Of a DNA stretch of 64,000 nt, positions 1 through 14,500 are shown one piece after another. The notes below the pieces were generated by a model. It saw only the letters and a list, made by a program, of their open reading frames with translations. It had not been told where the DNA came from and ran no database searches. The position numbers were made by a program, and so were the translations under genes. The DNA is taken from NCBI RefSeq assembly GCF_009914755.1, contig NC_060930.1, one strand, 5' to 3'. Within the stretch, counting starts at the first letter, position 1; each line of letters opens with the position of its first letter. The stretch is from the human T2T-CHM13v2.0 reference genome, Homo sapiens.

Positions 1-354
1 TGCAGACTGTTAGCTAGCATGTGCCTGAGGGAGGTTGGGAAGCTTGGCCAAACTAACACCAGAGAGGGTTGCTGACCACTCTCCCTATGCTACCTCCCGC
101 TGGTCAAAATGAATGTGTGTTGGACTGTGTAAACTGAAACTGTGAAAGATGTGTCAGTGATTGGTGGAGTGCATCCTGAAACACCAGCTTTTAACATTTG
201 TCTCATGATTTCTCATAAATAACATTGCATATGAGTATAATGAGCATAATTCTTAGTTTTCCCAGGAGGGTACTGGTTTATGCCTATTGTCCCAGTGTAT
301 ATTTATCTATAGCACTGGCTTCAATGCACAAAATTGTCCTGATTCCAATGACAA

Positions 355-424
355 ATTCTACATACCTGCTACATATAATGATCATTCTACATATCTGCTA
401 TATATAATGATCATTCTACATATC
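355..424. repeat. 29-bp tandem repeat, about 2.4 copies
   Basis: Unit ATTCTACATA(C/T)CTGCTA(C/T)ATATAATGATC starts at 355, 384 and 413. Confidence 0.9.
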
Positions 425-984
425 CGTTGTCTATAATATTTTCTGTCTCCCTTTCTAGCTATCTCTTCTTTTGGTCTCGTAAACATGATGAGTCCCTTTC
501 TGTGTATTCATTTATCTGCAAACTATTTTTTTTACTTTTCAATTATTGTTTATTGCCTACTTAAACTTGTTTACACTGCTAAACTGATATGTTTATCTGT
601 GAAAATTATTCGAGCATCTCCAGTTGGAATAGAATGCATTATAATTGTTCCCCCTAAAATTAATGGAAATGTATTTTTCATTTAATAATTTTTCACTTGT
701 CAGCAGTGTTTTCAGGAATGAATTAAATGTGTTAAATTAGGGACAGCTTTATTTCTGGTACCTAGCACACTGTGGGCACTCAAAGAATGAATATTAATTA
801 AATGCTAAATGAATAAATAAATGAATCCACAGGTCCATGTGTATCTTTACAGCAAGAATTCCAGCAGACTTCTGTAGACTTGTTACTGTGTTTTGTATTC
901 ATTGTCTTCTCATGTAAACACATTATATTACTCATTGTGGCTGTTACTTTGAATTTCTGATGATTCTCAATGCCCATGTTACAC

Positions 985-1398
985 TGTAGTAAGTATTACT
1001 TCTCTTCACCAATATCTGATTCTTTTCTACTTCTGGGTACATGTGTGGATCACTATTCTCTATTTTATTGAAGTTAGGCGTGACTACATATCTTCCCTTA
1101 AAAGATGAAGTGTGGCTATATAAGCAGAACTGTGGATAAGCATTTATTGATGGTGTTCAACTCTCCACACTGCCTTTCATCTGCTTTCCTTGTTCACAGA
1201 AGCACATCGTAATACAGAGGTAAAATAAGATCCAAGCAACTTGGAGCATTAAACCAAAACAAGGAGGAGAGGTGTTCTGGAGAACTGCTTGAAACTGCAG
1301 TGGACTTTGCAACAGCAGCAAGTAAAGTGGTGTTCTGGCAGTGAGATTTGAGGATTGCTTGTTAAAGAAGTGTAACCTAACCTGTCTTAACTGATACA
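985..1398 (+). mobile_element. ERVL-MaLR solo LTR, MLT1J/MLT1I-like
   Basis: TG...CA termini. The 3' end GAGATTTGAGGATTGCTTGTT...TAACCTAACCTGTCTTAACTGATACA resembles the MLT1I/J terminus. Confidence 0.7.
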
Positions 1399-4300
1399 CA
1401 CGTGGAATACTGTGGAGATTCAGTTAAACTATTCAAGTGCATTTTATAATTATAGATTGTTTTCACCAATTAGGTCTGAAGACAACATTCCTTAAGAATT
1501 TGGACCTATGTTTGTTCACACATATATGTCTTAGCATTGTAACTCTATAAAGCAAGAATCCTGGAGACTTAGAAGGATGTGTACAGGTTGTGTGTCTCAT
1601 GACTTTCTTCTACGACTGTAAAATTGGGATCTAGAAAGTGAGGAATGCCCTGCTCAATATCACATAGATGGCTAACTGTAGGGACATAAGTAGAGTCTAA
1701 TGTTCTCATCTATATATTTAGTGTTATCTCGGTTACATTTAACTATATCTCATATTCATGATAATTCTTTCAACCACAAGCCATAGCACTGGAAATTTCC
1801 ATCAGAATATTCAATATGGATTGAAGCTAAACACTAAACTTAAATGTTTGTTAAAAGTTATACTAGAAGAGGAGACAAGATTAGCACTTAATACTCATTC
1901 AAGTTAATAGAACCAGCCAGCAACAGTAATTCATAGAGCTCAAGGAATGAAATAAGAATTAGAGGCATTTGGTAGAGAGAAAGCTTGATAATCATAATGA
2001 GGTGCAGAAAATAGAAAGAATTGATCTCCAAGGGAGCCCCCTGGAGAAGTGCCAGCAGCTGAGGACCTTGGGGCCTACAGAGTGCAGTCCACTGGGCAGA
2101 AAGTCATGCAGAAATAGGGTCAGGGAGGGGCAGAACATGCAATCAAAAGGCTAAGTATGGTAGTTAATTCCAAGTTTTGATAAAAATTAAATCACTTATT
2201 GGTTAAATAAATTCACTATAATTAATTATTACCCATTGGCATTAAATCACATATCTTTTTTGTTGTTGTTATATATTCTCTTAATTGGATTTCCTTTGGG
2301 CACATGTATCCCTCTTTCCAAACTGCATTAGGCAATACTTCTATTACAGATGCTTTCAGCAGTTGGCAGGAGGCAAGAGGTAGGATTTCTAAAAGACCTA
2401 TGATTTCATTCTGTTTTTCTGTAAGCTAAAAAAAACAAAACAAAACAAAACAACAACAACAAAATCCCGCACCTTGCCAACTAGTGTCCTTTTTGACACC
2501 AAGTTTAACTAATATTACATATCTGAAAACCACTAACAATTTTTCCCCAGCCTATTTTATATTTAGCCACAAATTCTTCACATATTTCTACTGGGATTAA
2601 AGAGTTATCAGCTATTGGGAAATCTTAGCATATAGCTCATTACAACGGAATATATTATTATAAAAATTTAGGAAACTATATTGTTTGTAGAAAATGTACA
2701 AAGATACATATTAGCATATATTCCTGCTCCAGCATTAATTCTAAAAACATTTGAGAAATAGAAAAATTTGCTATTTCATTTATGCCCCTGAAGGTGGCAC
2801 TGATGATACTGAAACTTTATTGGTTTGTGCAATGTACCTGCAAGGGTTAATCTGTGAGATCTGGCCATTTCCTTTGATACCAGGGGGCACTGTCCTATTC
2901 TCAGGGTGTGATCTGCAGGAAGGGAGTGGAATTTGTAGAAACCGGTCTGATCTGGATTATCTGTCTCTCCATCTCACCAGCTCCCATAGTTTTAATTAAA
3001 CTCAGTGTATAGTAATCTCTTATACTTAATAAAGCAGTTATTGCATTTCTTATTTCCTTCTAAACATTTATAAACTTCTATTCCAAGCTCGACTTTAGCA
3101 TCAAAATGCTTTTGTAGGAATTTTGAGAAGAGACAGCAAAATATAGTGTCAAAGATATGAAAAGGAAGTCAACAGAAAAAAATGGCCCCTTTGACCTGAG
3201 CTGTGTGGCATTTTATTTAAACAATAGTGGGTTACTAGGAAATGTGGCCAATATTATATATGCTAGAAAATGACCAGAATAAATCACTGCCTTTCCACAG
3301 AAGTGTGGTACTCTGGTGTATTGAAGGGCTTTGTGCTCAGATGAGGTCAACAGGTGAAACTCGGCTTTTAGCATTGCCTTTGTAATTATGTGACCATTAC
3401 TTTCCCTGACTCTCTATTTTTAGTCATAAAACGGGACTAATAATACCTAAATTAGTGAACATATGTGCAGAACCTAACAAATAGAATGTGTCCTCAATAA
3501 CTTCTAATTAACCTCCTCATCCAATTCTGCCAATAACCGTTAATATTCCTTGAAATATCTTGCCAAGAACATTCCTATTTGTATGATCAATAATACTTGG
3601 AAAATATTAAAAATCTTGAATAAAATAAAGCTTAAAATCCCAGTAAAATTTAGACATTGGAAGGTGAATGTTTCTAAAAGTGCAATCATAACTGTTCAAA
3701 TATTTCAAAATATAATTAATATAAACTTTAAAAACCACAGAGACATTTGCTAAGAAATGAATCTGTAAGTCACCACAGAATGTTGACACTGCTTAGCACA
3801 GTCCTTGACACACAATAATTGCTTGTTTAATATGAAGTTTAGTTGCTAAGTAATCACTTATTGTGTTCAGCCCATTCAAGTGAAAAAAACTGATAGAGAA
3901 AGTAAGGAACTGACACAAATGTATCCAGCTTATTGGTGTTTGGGCTGAAACTAGCAGTAGATGTTAAGCTTTTTGGTTAGATGTCAACTATGAGCCCACG
4001 ACTGCTGAGCACTCAATTATAAAAAGGAGAAGGGATTTCTTTCTTTCTCCAAAGTGCTAATGTGTAAAAATAAATATGCATTTTAAAAGTCAATCCTTGC
4101 TTAGTGTGCAAGATTTTGGATGGTATGCAAAAGTAGTGGAAAACACAATTAATTTCAGAGTATTAGTATTATGTGGTGAGAGAATACACAAATACTAGAT
4201 TTTTTAGGTTGGCAGACAGCATAAGCAAATGATGAATTGAGCATGGGTTGAATATGATTGGAGGTCATGCATTAGCTATGGAGAAATGTGAAGCATGCCC

Positions 4301-4781
4301 ACCCCAGTATGTCTGGTTTTCTGTGTTTCTGAGAAAGGAGATCATACTGTTGGCATTGGAGGTACTGAACAGATGGAACAAAACCTCATAGGATCTCCTT
4401 TCTTTTCATAAGAAGCAACTATAATGGACAGGAGTGAACTCATATTGGATCTCATTAATAAACCATAGAATGTTGAAGCAACAGAGCCCAAGGATTATAG
4501 TACTATAGGGAGCAGTTATTAAGAATGGAGAGGTCTCTATGGTGTCCCACATGGAGTCTTCATAGTCAGCTGAGATGAGTGACTTCTCCAGAGAGTTTCA
4601 GTCTGTCACTGCCTTGTGCTTTTTCCCACTCCTACACGGGGCTATGTTTGCTCAGTGAAACCATGTTGTCCCTCTTTTAATCAGTTGTTTGTGAATGACA
4701 ATGTGGAGTAAAAAGGACTTCTCCAAGCTGAGAGATACAAGGGATAGAAGAATCAACTCAATTTCTGCTTGACTTGATTTC

Positions 4782-4824
4782 TTTCTTTTTTTTTAATTTT
4801 ATTATTATTATACTTTAAGTTTTG
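4782..4824 (-). mobile_element. Ultra-short (43 bp) young L1PA 3' end with poly(A)
   Basis: T-tract followed by ATTATTATTATACTTTAAGTTTT, the reverse complement of the L1 terminus. TSD GATTTC at 4776-4781 and 4825-4830. The empty site reads TTTC/AA. Confidence 0.75.
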
Positions 4825-6272
4825 GATTTCAAGGAACGGAGTCCACAGGAGAGAGTCAGATTCCTGTTAGAGCAAAACGCAAAAAGAATGTCTACAGAAG
4901 TGGTTGACATTAAAGTTTCTCTAATGACTAGGCTTTCACTGATGATTGACCTTGAGTTCATAGATGAATTAGAAAAACTTTCAAGAGACTAGTCATAAAA
5001 GAGGACAGACAGAGCCAGATGGAAATATAATCTGCTGGAGATGAAGGATGTCCAGTATTTCTTGGTACAAAAATGATAAGAATGAAGACACAAAAGTTTA
5101 TCTTAAGTTGAGAGGCTGAAGGAAGTATCTAGAGGGCAGTAGGTCTATTTTGTCTGAACGTGCAGATTCCTTCTTCATTTCTGACATGGAGGCTTTGAGA
5201 AAAGCAGAGAAAAAATACAAAATAAATACATGAATTGAAATATTTATCATTTGATGGGTAAAATGCTTTATAAAATCATATATATTTATATATGTATACT
5301 AAAGATCATACTGTATATAATTTTCTATTTTACCTTATAACTTCTACTTTATATCATAAATATGCTGGTAATTATTCTTCTCAGCCATAATTTTTAAATG
5401 AATGTATGTAGATGTAGAGTAATTTATTTAACCATCCCTTTATTGTTGGAGAGTTAAGTTGTTTCCATAAGTATAGAACACATAAATTTTACCCAAGCCA
5501 TATATCACTGAAAATACATTTAGAAATGGAGTTGTGAACACTGGGGAAGGTGCCAGTATTTACTGTCAAATTTAAATAAGTATTTTAGATTTAAGACTCT
5601 TTAGAGGCAAAAAATTGAAATGAGATCTATAGAAGTCACACTCAGAATGGTTCAAGGTTAGTTATTGCCTTACTCTTTTTGGGAGTCAAATTTACCTTTA
5701 CATCTAAGAATGGTCATTCCAAAGAAAATGAACCCCAAATTCTGCATAGATAGGTCAGGGTCATAAGTGAAAGAGACACTGTGAATCAGCAGTATTTGGA
5801 GTTCAGAGATGCTGACTTCAGAAGTTTTCTGATGGTCTGTGGAATACGTAGGAATTTTAAGTGGAGAATGCATTTACTTTTTATTCCCCCATTCTACCTC
5901 TGGGAGCTACAGGGCTTTATTATAGACCATGTAATTGGATCCAGAAAGGAATACATCAGTGATGGTTTTGAGTTATATTAATTCTTTGGGACCCTGGGAT
6001 ACAATTTAATACCCGGAAAAAAAATGAAAATGAGTGGCATGCTTGTCATTAAGATTTTTATGAAAGTCTATCTCCAAGCCTTAACTCCTCAATCATTACT
6101 ATAGGCTATTTATGAACAGAATGATAAACCCGTGCATTAACATAATTGGGTTTAGGTGGAATTTGTGAAACATTAATAAATTTTATCTAGATTAGACTTA
6201 TATCCTCTCTATATGGGGGTTTAAATTACTGAATTTGCAGAAAGATCTCATCTCCATATGTTATTAATAAAT

Positions 6273-6504
6273 GACTAGTTCTCAAGCAGGGGCAATTTTG
6301 GTCTTCTCCTTTCTAAGAGATATTTGGCAATATTCATGTATTTGTGACATGTTTAGCTGTCACAACTGGTTAAGAGTACTACAGGAATCTAGCAGGCAGA
6401 GGCCAGAGCAGCTGATGAACATCCTATAATACACAGGCCTATCCCAACAATAACAAAAATTTGTCCAGTTAAAATGTCAATAATGCTGAGGCTGAGAAGC
6501 CAGG
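6273..6504 (+). mobile_element. MER20 (hAT-Charlie) DNA transposon
   Basis: GTTCTCAAGCAGGGGCAATTTTG...TGTCACAACTGG...GAGGCCAG...AACATCCTATAAT...AAAATGTCAATAATGCTGAGGCTGAGAA follows the MER20 consensus end to end. Confidence 0.85.
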
Positions 6505-7260
6505 CAATAAGCAGTCCTGTGTAATAGCTAGTGCTCTGGAAGGTTCCAATACCATTTTAGCTCATTACATTATTTTAGGAAATCTTAAGCCTTCTCAATA
6601 GGTATTGGAATGTCTTGTAAGTTTTAAAATATATTTTGTGCTTTTATATGTATAGATGTCTTAATCTCAGTCATAATTGATATGTGAAAAGTAGGAGGTG
6701 AGCTTGCCCCTCCTCAACACCTCACTTACACAACGTATTTTTCTGCTTACACATAATGTATTCCACAGATTGGGAGAAGAAAGGGGTTCTTCCCCCATGC
6801 TTTCCAAAACATAGACTTTAACTTTCTTCCTTGAAACAGTGACCATACCTACCAGCAGAGGCTTCTTTATGACTCTAAGAACAGCAGGCAGATTCACAGC
6901 TGGAAGCAAAATGCTTTCCTTGGAAAAATCTTTTCTAATAAATTGTGCTTTGTCCCTGACAGGACAGAAAACGGTTAAAGTAGCAGAAACAGCTTGCCCC
7001 TGGCTGGTGGGGAAGGAGGAGAGCCTAAATTAACATTCACTTCTCAATCCTGACTCGTTTCTTTTACTTTCTTTCTTCCTCTCATATCCTCAGGCTTTTA
7101 ATGCCCAGCCTAGGTGGAAATTAATGACAAATCTTGGCCAAAAACTTTCAGGATAAAATTCAGCCTCTCTAGGGACAACCCACAAAGCTTTTCATTATCT
7201 AGCCTCTGCTTGTCTCTCCCACTTCTTATCTGTACTGGGTTCCAGGCATAAGCCCTAAAG

Positions 7261-7415
7261 CAGTGATTCACAAACTCAGGTGGACATTGAAATCAAAATG
7301 GGTGGGCATTAATGTAAAACATTTTGGGAACACTGATATGGAGTCTCTGGATCCATATTTTCAATAAACTCCCTAGGCAAATCTGATAAACCTCACTGGA
7401 ATTCGCAATCCATTG
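7261..7415. mobile_element. MER5-like hAT MITE
   Basis: CAGTGATTCACAAACT...CCATTG termini; degenerate interior. Confidence 0.5.
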
Positions 7416-7586
7416 CTTAAGTATGCCAGACCTTCCCATAAGTCTTTTCCTCTGCTTGAGCTCCTCCCTCTGGCTAGACTGTACTTTTAACCTCTGTGTA
7501 GTTCTTCCTGAACTTTCCAGGCCAACTTAACCACTCCCACTTCTCTCCCCATAACATATTGCTTATGCAATAAGCATATTGCTTAT

Positions 7587-7974
7587 TGATATGGTTTGAC
7601 TCTGTGTCCTCACCCACATCTCATCTGGAATTGTAATTCCCACATGTGAAGGGAGAGACCTGTAATCCTCACGTGTGAAGGGAGGGAAGTGATTAGATTA
7701 TGGGGGCGGTTTCCTCCTTGCTGTTCTCATGATAGTGAGTGAGTTCCTAGGAGATCTGATGGTTTTATAAAGGGTAGTTTTTCCTGTGCTCTCACACACT
7801 CTCTCTCTCACCTGCTGCCATGTAAGACGTGCCTGCTTCCCCTTCCACCATGATTGTTAAGTTTCCTAAGGCCTCCCCAGCCATGCGGAACTGTGAGTCA
7901 ATTAAACCTTGTTTCTTTGTAAATTACTCAGTCTCGGGTATGTCTTTATAGCACTGTGAAAATGGACTAACATG
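7587..7974 (+). mobile_element. THE1D-like solo LTR (ERVL-MaLR)
   Basis: TGATATGGTTTGACTCTGTGTCC...GGAACTGTGAGTCAATTAAACC...AAAATGGACTAA. Confidence 0.85.
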
Positions 7975-8138
7975 ATGTCTATTATTAAAACAAATGGAAT
8001 AATACATAACAATTCATTGTGCTACATTCTTTTCCTGGGTAGTTTGCAAGCTCCTTAGAGGATAAATATTTCTTAAAATAATCAATACACAAAATACAGT
8101 TCACAGCAAACTAGTCATGTTGGTCATCTCAAGCATCA

Positions 8139-8493
<355 letters not shown>

Positions 8494-8766
8494 ATATGTA
8501 ATATTTCCTAAGAGTAAACTAAGCCTTTAGTTATTTATGAATCACTTTGTTTTTTATTCTTTTCACAGATCAAAGGTGACTATTCACATTAGAATTTACA
8601 GAAAGATCTGAATACCTGAGGAAATATATGAGTAATAAATAACATTAAATAATAAATAATAAAATGCCTATGTAAAATGATAGATACACACATATATCAA
8701 TGACTGGAATGAAATATACCAAGATTGCACAGTGAGATTAATTAAATTTAAGATGGATTTGCATAT

Positions 8767-9445
8767 TGTAAGAACAAATGCAAATTAAAAGTAAGAGGCT
8801 TAGTTCTCCCTGTTAAGAATGAGGTAAGAGCTCTCTCCCCTCCTTTTTCTTAGAGCACTTATCTTAGAATATCTTAAATACTTTCTTGTGTCTTTGAAAT
8901 GTATATAAATCCTTTTGAAGACTGGATAGGACTTTTGTCACCTCTATGACCTAGGGACATCTTTCTCAAGAACATGGGAGGGATTTCTTTGAAATGCAAA
9001 CATCAAGGGAGATAGCACCTCTATCTCTCAGTTTCTGTGGTTAAGGTAGGAGCCTAACTTCAGCTGGAGGATTGCGAAACTACCTCCTCTCATATAGAGA
9101 TGAGGAATTTGTTTTTCCTCTGGATACAGCTAATTAGCTAACACAGATGGTCACCTCAATGATCAGGTAAAGTGAGGATGGATTATGTGTGACAAATGTT
9201 CTTGTCAAGGACTAGTCATTGTTTATCTTGAAAACATGTATGTAATAGGTTGTATCTGCTTGTCTACATGAAAGGTTGAGATTTCTGTCTTTGCAATCTC
9301 TTAGTGGATTGATGGTGATGTACGTCACAGTCTGGCTTAGTGCTTGTCAATAATAAAACTTTCTGTTTTTGTTTTCCACTACTACTTTTAAGGAGAGGAT
9401 TTCTGGGTTGGAAAAAGGCTTTGTTTTTAATTATATTTCCCAACA
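8767..9445 (+). mobile_element. ERV1-class solo LTR (subfamily not identified)
   Basis: TG...CA termini, 4-bp TSD ATAT at 8763-8766 and 9446-9449, and an AATAAA near the 3' end. Confidence 0.7.
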
Positions 9446-9725
9446 ATATTTCTGTTTAATTCATACGTGTTATGTAATGAACTGCTCATTTAAATTTAAA
9501 TCAAGAAATTTTCTTAAAATATTTTTGCTGCATGCCAAGAACAGCCTTTTGTTCTTGAACTTTTGAATTAAAAGATATCAAGAGAAAGAAAGTATGGCAG
9601 GCCAGGGGAAGGAAGGACAATAGGAAGAAGGTGGACAGTCAAATATTTATTTAATATAATTTGAATGCTAAGTATGTGTGATGTGCGGTGTGAAAATGTG
9701 GGAATAACAATAGAAATCCTGGTGC

Positions 9726-10378
9726 CTCTGGAGCTCAGAAAATAATACCCCCAAATGAAGGCCTCAGCAGCAGCCACAGAAGCAAAAGTTTTTCCCTGAC
9801 CTTCTCTTGCCCTCCTGCCCCTCAGTCTATTCTCCCCGAAGGCTAACCATAGAAACTAGAATTCCTTTTCCCCAAGGATTTTCGTAGAAACCAGAATCCC
9901 TTTTCCCCAAAACCAGCCATAAAACCTAAAAATATTACTTTAACTTTCCTTCTGATTTTCTGTGTGAAAACTGGCCATAAAGAAATTATCTGACCTAGTT
10001 GTTTGACTGTAGGTTCTGAGACCCCCATTCCAGAAAGGGTCCCGCACCACCCCCAGAGGGAAGAAATGACGCTCAAAGAGGCCAAGAAGAATCTAGACAG
10101 ACTGGCCTTGCTGGGCTTCCAGACTCCGTCTATTTGTATGAGATTATGCCCTTTTTGTTTAATCATATTTTTACACAACTGTCATATTTTTACACAACTG
10201 TTTTTTTTGAACCTAAGCATAAAAATAGACAATTTCTCTTGTATCTTTGGGTCACCATTCTGAAAGGTCCCTTGCATAGATGTTAAACAAAATTGTTACA
10301 TTTTCACCAATTAATACGCCTTTTATGAGTTTGTTATTTTTTTCAGCAGAACTTCAGAGAGCCATCTTGGCCCCTACA
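9726..10378 (+). mobile_element. MER39 solo LTR (ERV1)
   Basis: GCTCAGAAAATAATACCCC...GAAGGCCTCAG...CCATAGAAACTAGAA...GGCCCCTACA. 4-bp TSD GTGC at 9722-9725 and 10379-10382. Confidence 0.85.
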
Positions 10379-10409
10379 GTGCCCAACTCAATCCAGAAGC
10401 CCATGGTGA

Positions 10410-11562
<1,153 letters not shown>

Positions 11563-11883
11563 ACCTGAGCAATGTTTTAAGGGAAAGAGCAGGACCAACT
11601 GTTGGGCTTACTTCTGTCCTTCCCTTCCCTCCAAGATTACGAGTTCAGGATTCCCAACTATCTTTCTATTCATTATGTTTAAAATTTTATCTCCCCAACC
11701 CCATAAGACTTTCAAAAGTTCAACTCAGCTTCTTAGCTGCTGTTTACTGCTAGGTATTTAGCCTCTTGGTTCTATGCCACTTCCAAATTGGCAGTATTTG
11801 AGGAGAAAAGCTGCATAGAATGTCTGGCTTACTTCCATGAGCTTTCTTTCTCTCCAGTATCTTAGCCGTTTATTCAAACACAC

Positions 11884-11884
<1 letters not shown>

Positions 11885-11917
<33 letters not shown>
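11885..11917. repeat. (CA)n microsatellite
   Basis: About 16 uninterrupted AC units. Confidence 0.95.
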
Positions 11918-11918
<1 letters not shown>

Positions 11919-12677
11919 TTATATTTTGTCTAGCATATCTATTATTCTCAGTGGGACTGTGGTTAGCAAAAAGTTACTCTTCTATTGCCAGAACTGGAAA
12001 TATTTGCCTCATTTTTTGACTGCTTCACAATAATCCATTGAATGAATATTCCATATTTTAACTTGGCCTGTATTGCTGGAATTTAGGTTTCCAGTCTTCT
12101 GCTATTAAAACAATGCTGCAGTGCCTAACCAAGTTATCTCACAAGTGTAAGTGAATTTTTACTTTTGATAAATAGTACCAATTGCCCCCCCATTGCAGTT
12201 ATAGCAATTTTACTCCTACCATCAATATGTGATAATGCCTAGACCATCACCCCCTTGAGAACAGATTGTGTTCTTGTACTTTTTGATGGGCAAAAATGTA
12301 TCACACTGCTAAGATATTTCTAATAAACTAGATTTTCATAATATAATGCAAATAATAGCAAAATAATGACAACATTTAATGCATGTTAGGTGTAGGCACA
12401 TTTCTAACTGCTTTGTAATTCTTAAATATTTTAATTCCAGGCCTACCATTGGTTTATTCTTCTTCTACAGATGCTAAAACCAAGGCAAAAAGATCAATGG
12501 ACCCCAAGGTCCTCAGAAGTTAACAAAATAATTGCAACACAGGATATCTGACTTCTGACTGCAGAGTCTGTGCTCTTAATTGAGTGACAGGAACCCAGAT
12601 AATAAATTCAAAATAAGAATGCCTTTCCTAAAATAATCTGTCTTCCTATAATTAGAAGCCATTTAGAATGTCCACAT

Positions 12678-13188
12678 TGTAGTAATTTCCTAGGGCTGCC
12701 ATAACAGATTGCCACAAGCTAGGTGGCTTAAAATAATGGAAATTTGTTCTGTCATAGTTTTGGAGACCAGAAGTCTGAAATCAAAATGTCTTTGTCAGGG
12801 CCAGACTGCTTCTGAAGGCTTCAGGGGAGGGTATGTTCCTTGCCATTTCCAGCTCCTGGTGGCTGCTGGCATGCCTTGACTTATGGCCCTATCACTCTAA
12901 TTACCAGAGTGATTCATGGTCACATTGCTTCCTCTTCTGTGTCTTTTCCTCTGTGTGTCTCTGTGTGTCTCTTTCTGTTCTACCTCTGCCTCTCTTTCTT
13001 ATAAAGATACATGTGCTTGATTTAGGACCCAGCCAGACTATCCAGGATAAGTTTTTCCTCTTCAGATCCTTAACTGAATCACATGTTTTACAACTGTTCA
13101 CTCTTTCCTCATACAAGCTAATATTCACTAATTCTGGGAATTCAGACATGGACAAATATTTTGAAGGGGCACCCTTTAACTTACTAGA
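12678..13188 (-). mobile_element. MLT1C-like solo LTR
   Basis: TGTAGTAATTTCCTAGGGCTGCCATAACA...GGTGGCTTAAAA...CCAGAAGTCTGAAATCAA is the reverse of the MLT1 3' end. Confidence 0.8.
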
Positions 13189-13224
13189 TACATTTTCCAT
13201 TCAACTAAAATACTTGAACCCCTT

Positions 13225-14500
13225 TCTTCCTTCATTCATCTATCTATTCATTCAGAAATATTCATCTAAGGCTTGCTGTATGAAAGACATTGTTCTTTCA
13301 AGGTATTAGGGAAAAGAGCAATGAAGAGAAAAGATGACAACTCTGGCTTCATGGTACTCATATTATAGTTGAAGAAGCCAAATAATATAAGAAATATGTA
13401 AATATAAGGAATGTCATCTGGTGATCAATGCTCTGGAAAAAATAATAAAGCAGAGAAGGGAGACAGAAAGTGCTGTGGGAGAGGATGGCTGACATTTTAA
13501 TTGTGACATTATGGGAAGGCCTTTATGAGAAATGACTGTGGTAGACTGACAAACATCTTCCCCATAGGAAACAGGTTCAGCCTCAGAACATGTGAATGTT
13601 AACATACAGGCAAAGTTTCCTGATGTAATTAAGTTAAAGATTAAGAGACGAGGAGATTATTCTGTATTATCCGGGTAGGTGCTAAATGTTATGGTAGGTA
13701 CCTTTGTAATAGAGAGGCAGAGATGATTTTATAGAGAGAGAAGAGGAGGCAATGTGACCATAGAGGTAGAGATTGGAATGGTGAGGCCACAAGTCCAGCT
13801 TCCACCAGAAGCTAGGAGAGGCAAGGAACAGATTTCCTGTAGAGCCTCTAGAGGGAGTGTGGCCTTCCCAATACCTTGATTTGGGCCCAGTGAAACATTT
13901 CATTCTGCCTTCCAGAACTGTGAGAGAATGGAATTTCTATTGTTTTATGCCACCGAGTTTGTGGTAGTTTGTTATAGCAGCCATGGGAAAATAATACGAT
14001 GATATTAACACAAATTCCTAAAGGAGGTAAGGGAGCAAGCCATGCGTATATATGAGGAATGGGAACCAGGCAGAGGAAGGCCTCATGTCCAATCCACCTT
14101 GAGGTGGAAGTGAGTACCCGGCATGATTGAGGAGACATTAAGGCAGCCACTGAGACTCCCTGCTGTGAGCAGGATGAGGGCAGTAGGAGATAGAATCAGA
14201 AAGATCAGAGGAATTGAAGACCCAGTCAGATGTTCATTCTTACTTCTGTGAGGTGAGGAGTCACTAAAGGGTTTCATGCACAGGATGATAAGATCTGACC
14301 CTTGCTCTGAGCGGTTCTAGATTTCTATCAGAAGGAGCCAGAACTACTCTTTGTGGTATTGTTAACAGACTGTAGGGGGCTAAGGACAGTAACAGGAAAC
14401 CAATCAGGAGGCTATTGATTATGTTTAGTAGGCCACTTATGCTGAGTCTGAAGTTTATAGGAAAGGTCTGGATTGGAGATAAATACTTCTGAGTGTTATG
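13225..14500 (-). mobile_element. L2 fragment, split by an MLT1 LTR
   Basis: TTCATTCATCTATCTATTCATTCAGAAATATT is an L2 tail, followed by purine-rich L2 body. Boundaries are approximate. Confidence 0.6.
13537..13998 (+). mobile_element. MLT1B/C-like solo LTR
   Basis: TGTGGTAGACTGA...GATGTAATTAAGTTAAAGAT...CCAGAACTGTGAGAGAAT...GTTTGTTATAGCAGCC. Approximate TSD ATGAC/ATGAT. Confidence 0.8.

Noticed and set aside
355-424. 29-bp repeats resembling a CRISPR array
   Set aside because: The units are contiguous with no spacers, the context is eukaryotic and there are no cas genes.
12833-13309. 158-aa hydrophobic ORF
   Set aside because: It lies in an MLT1 LTR and L2 tail, with no recognisable protein motif.
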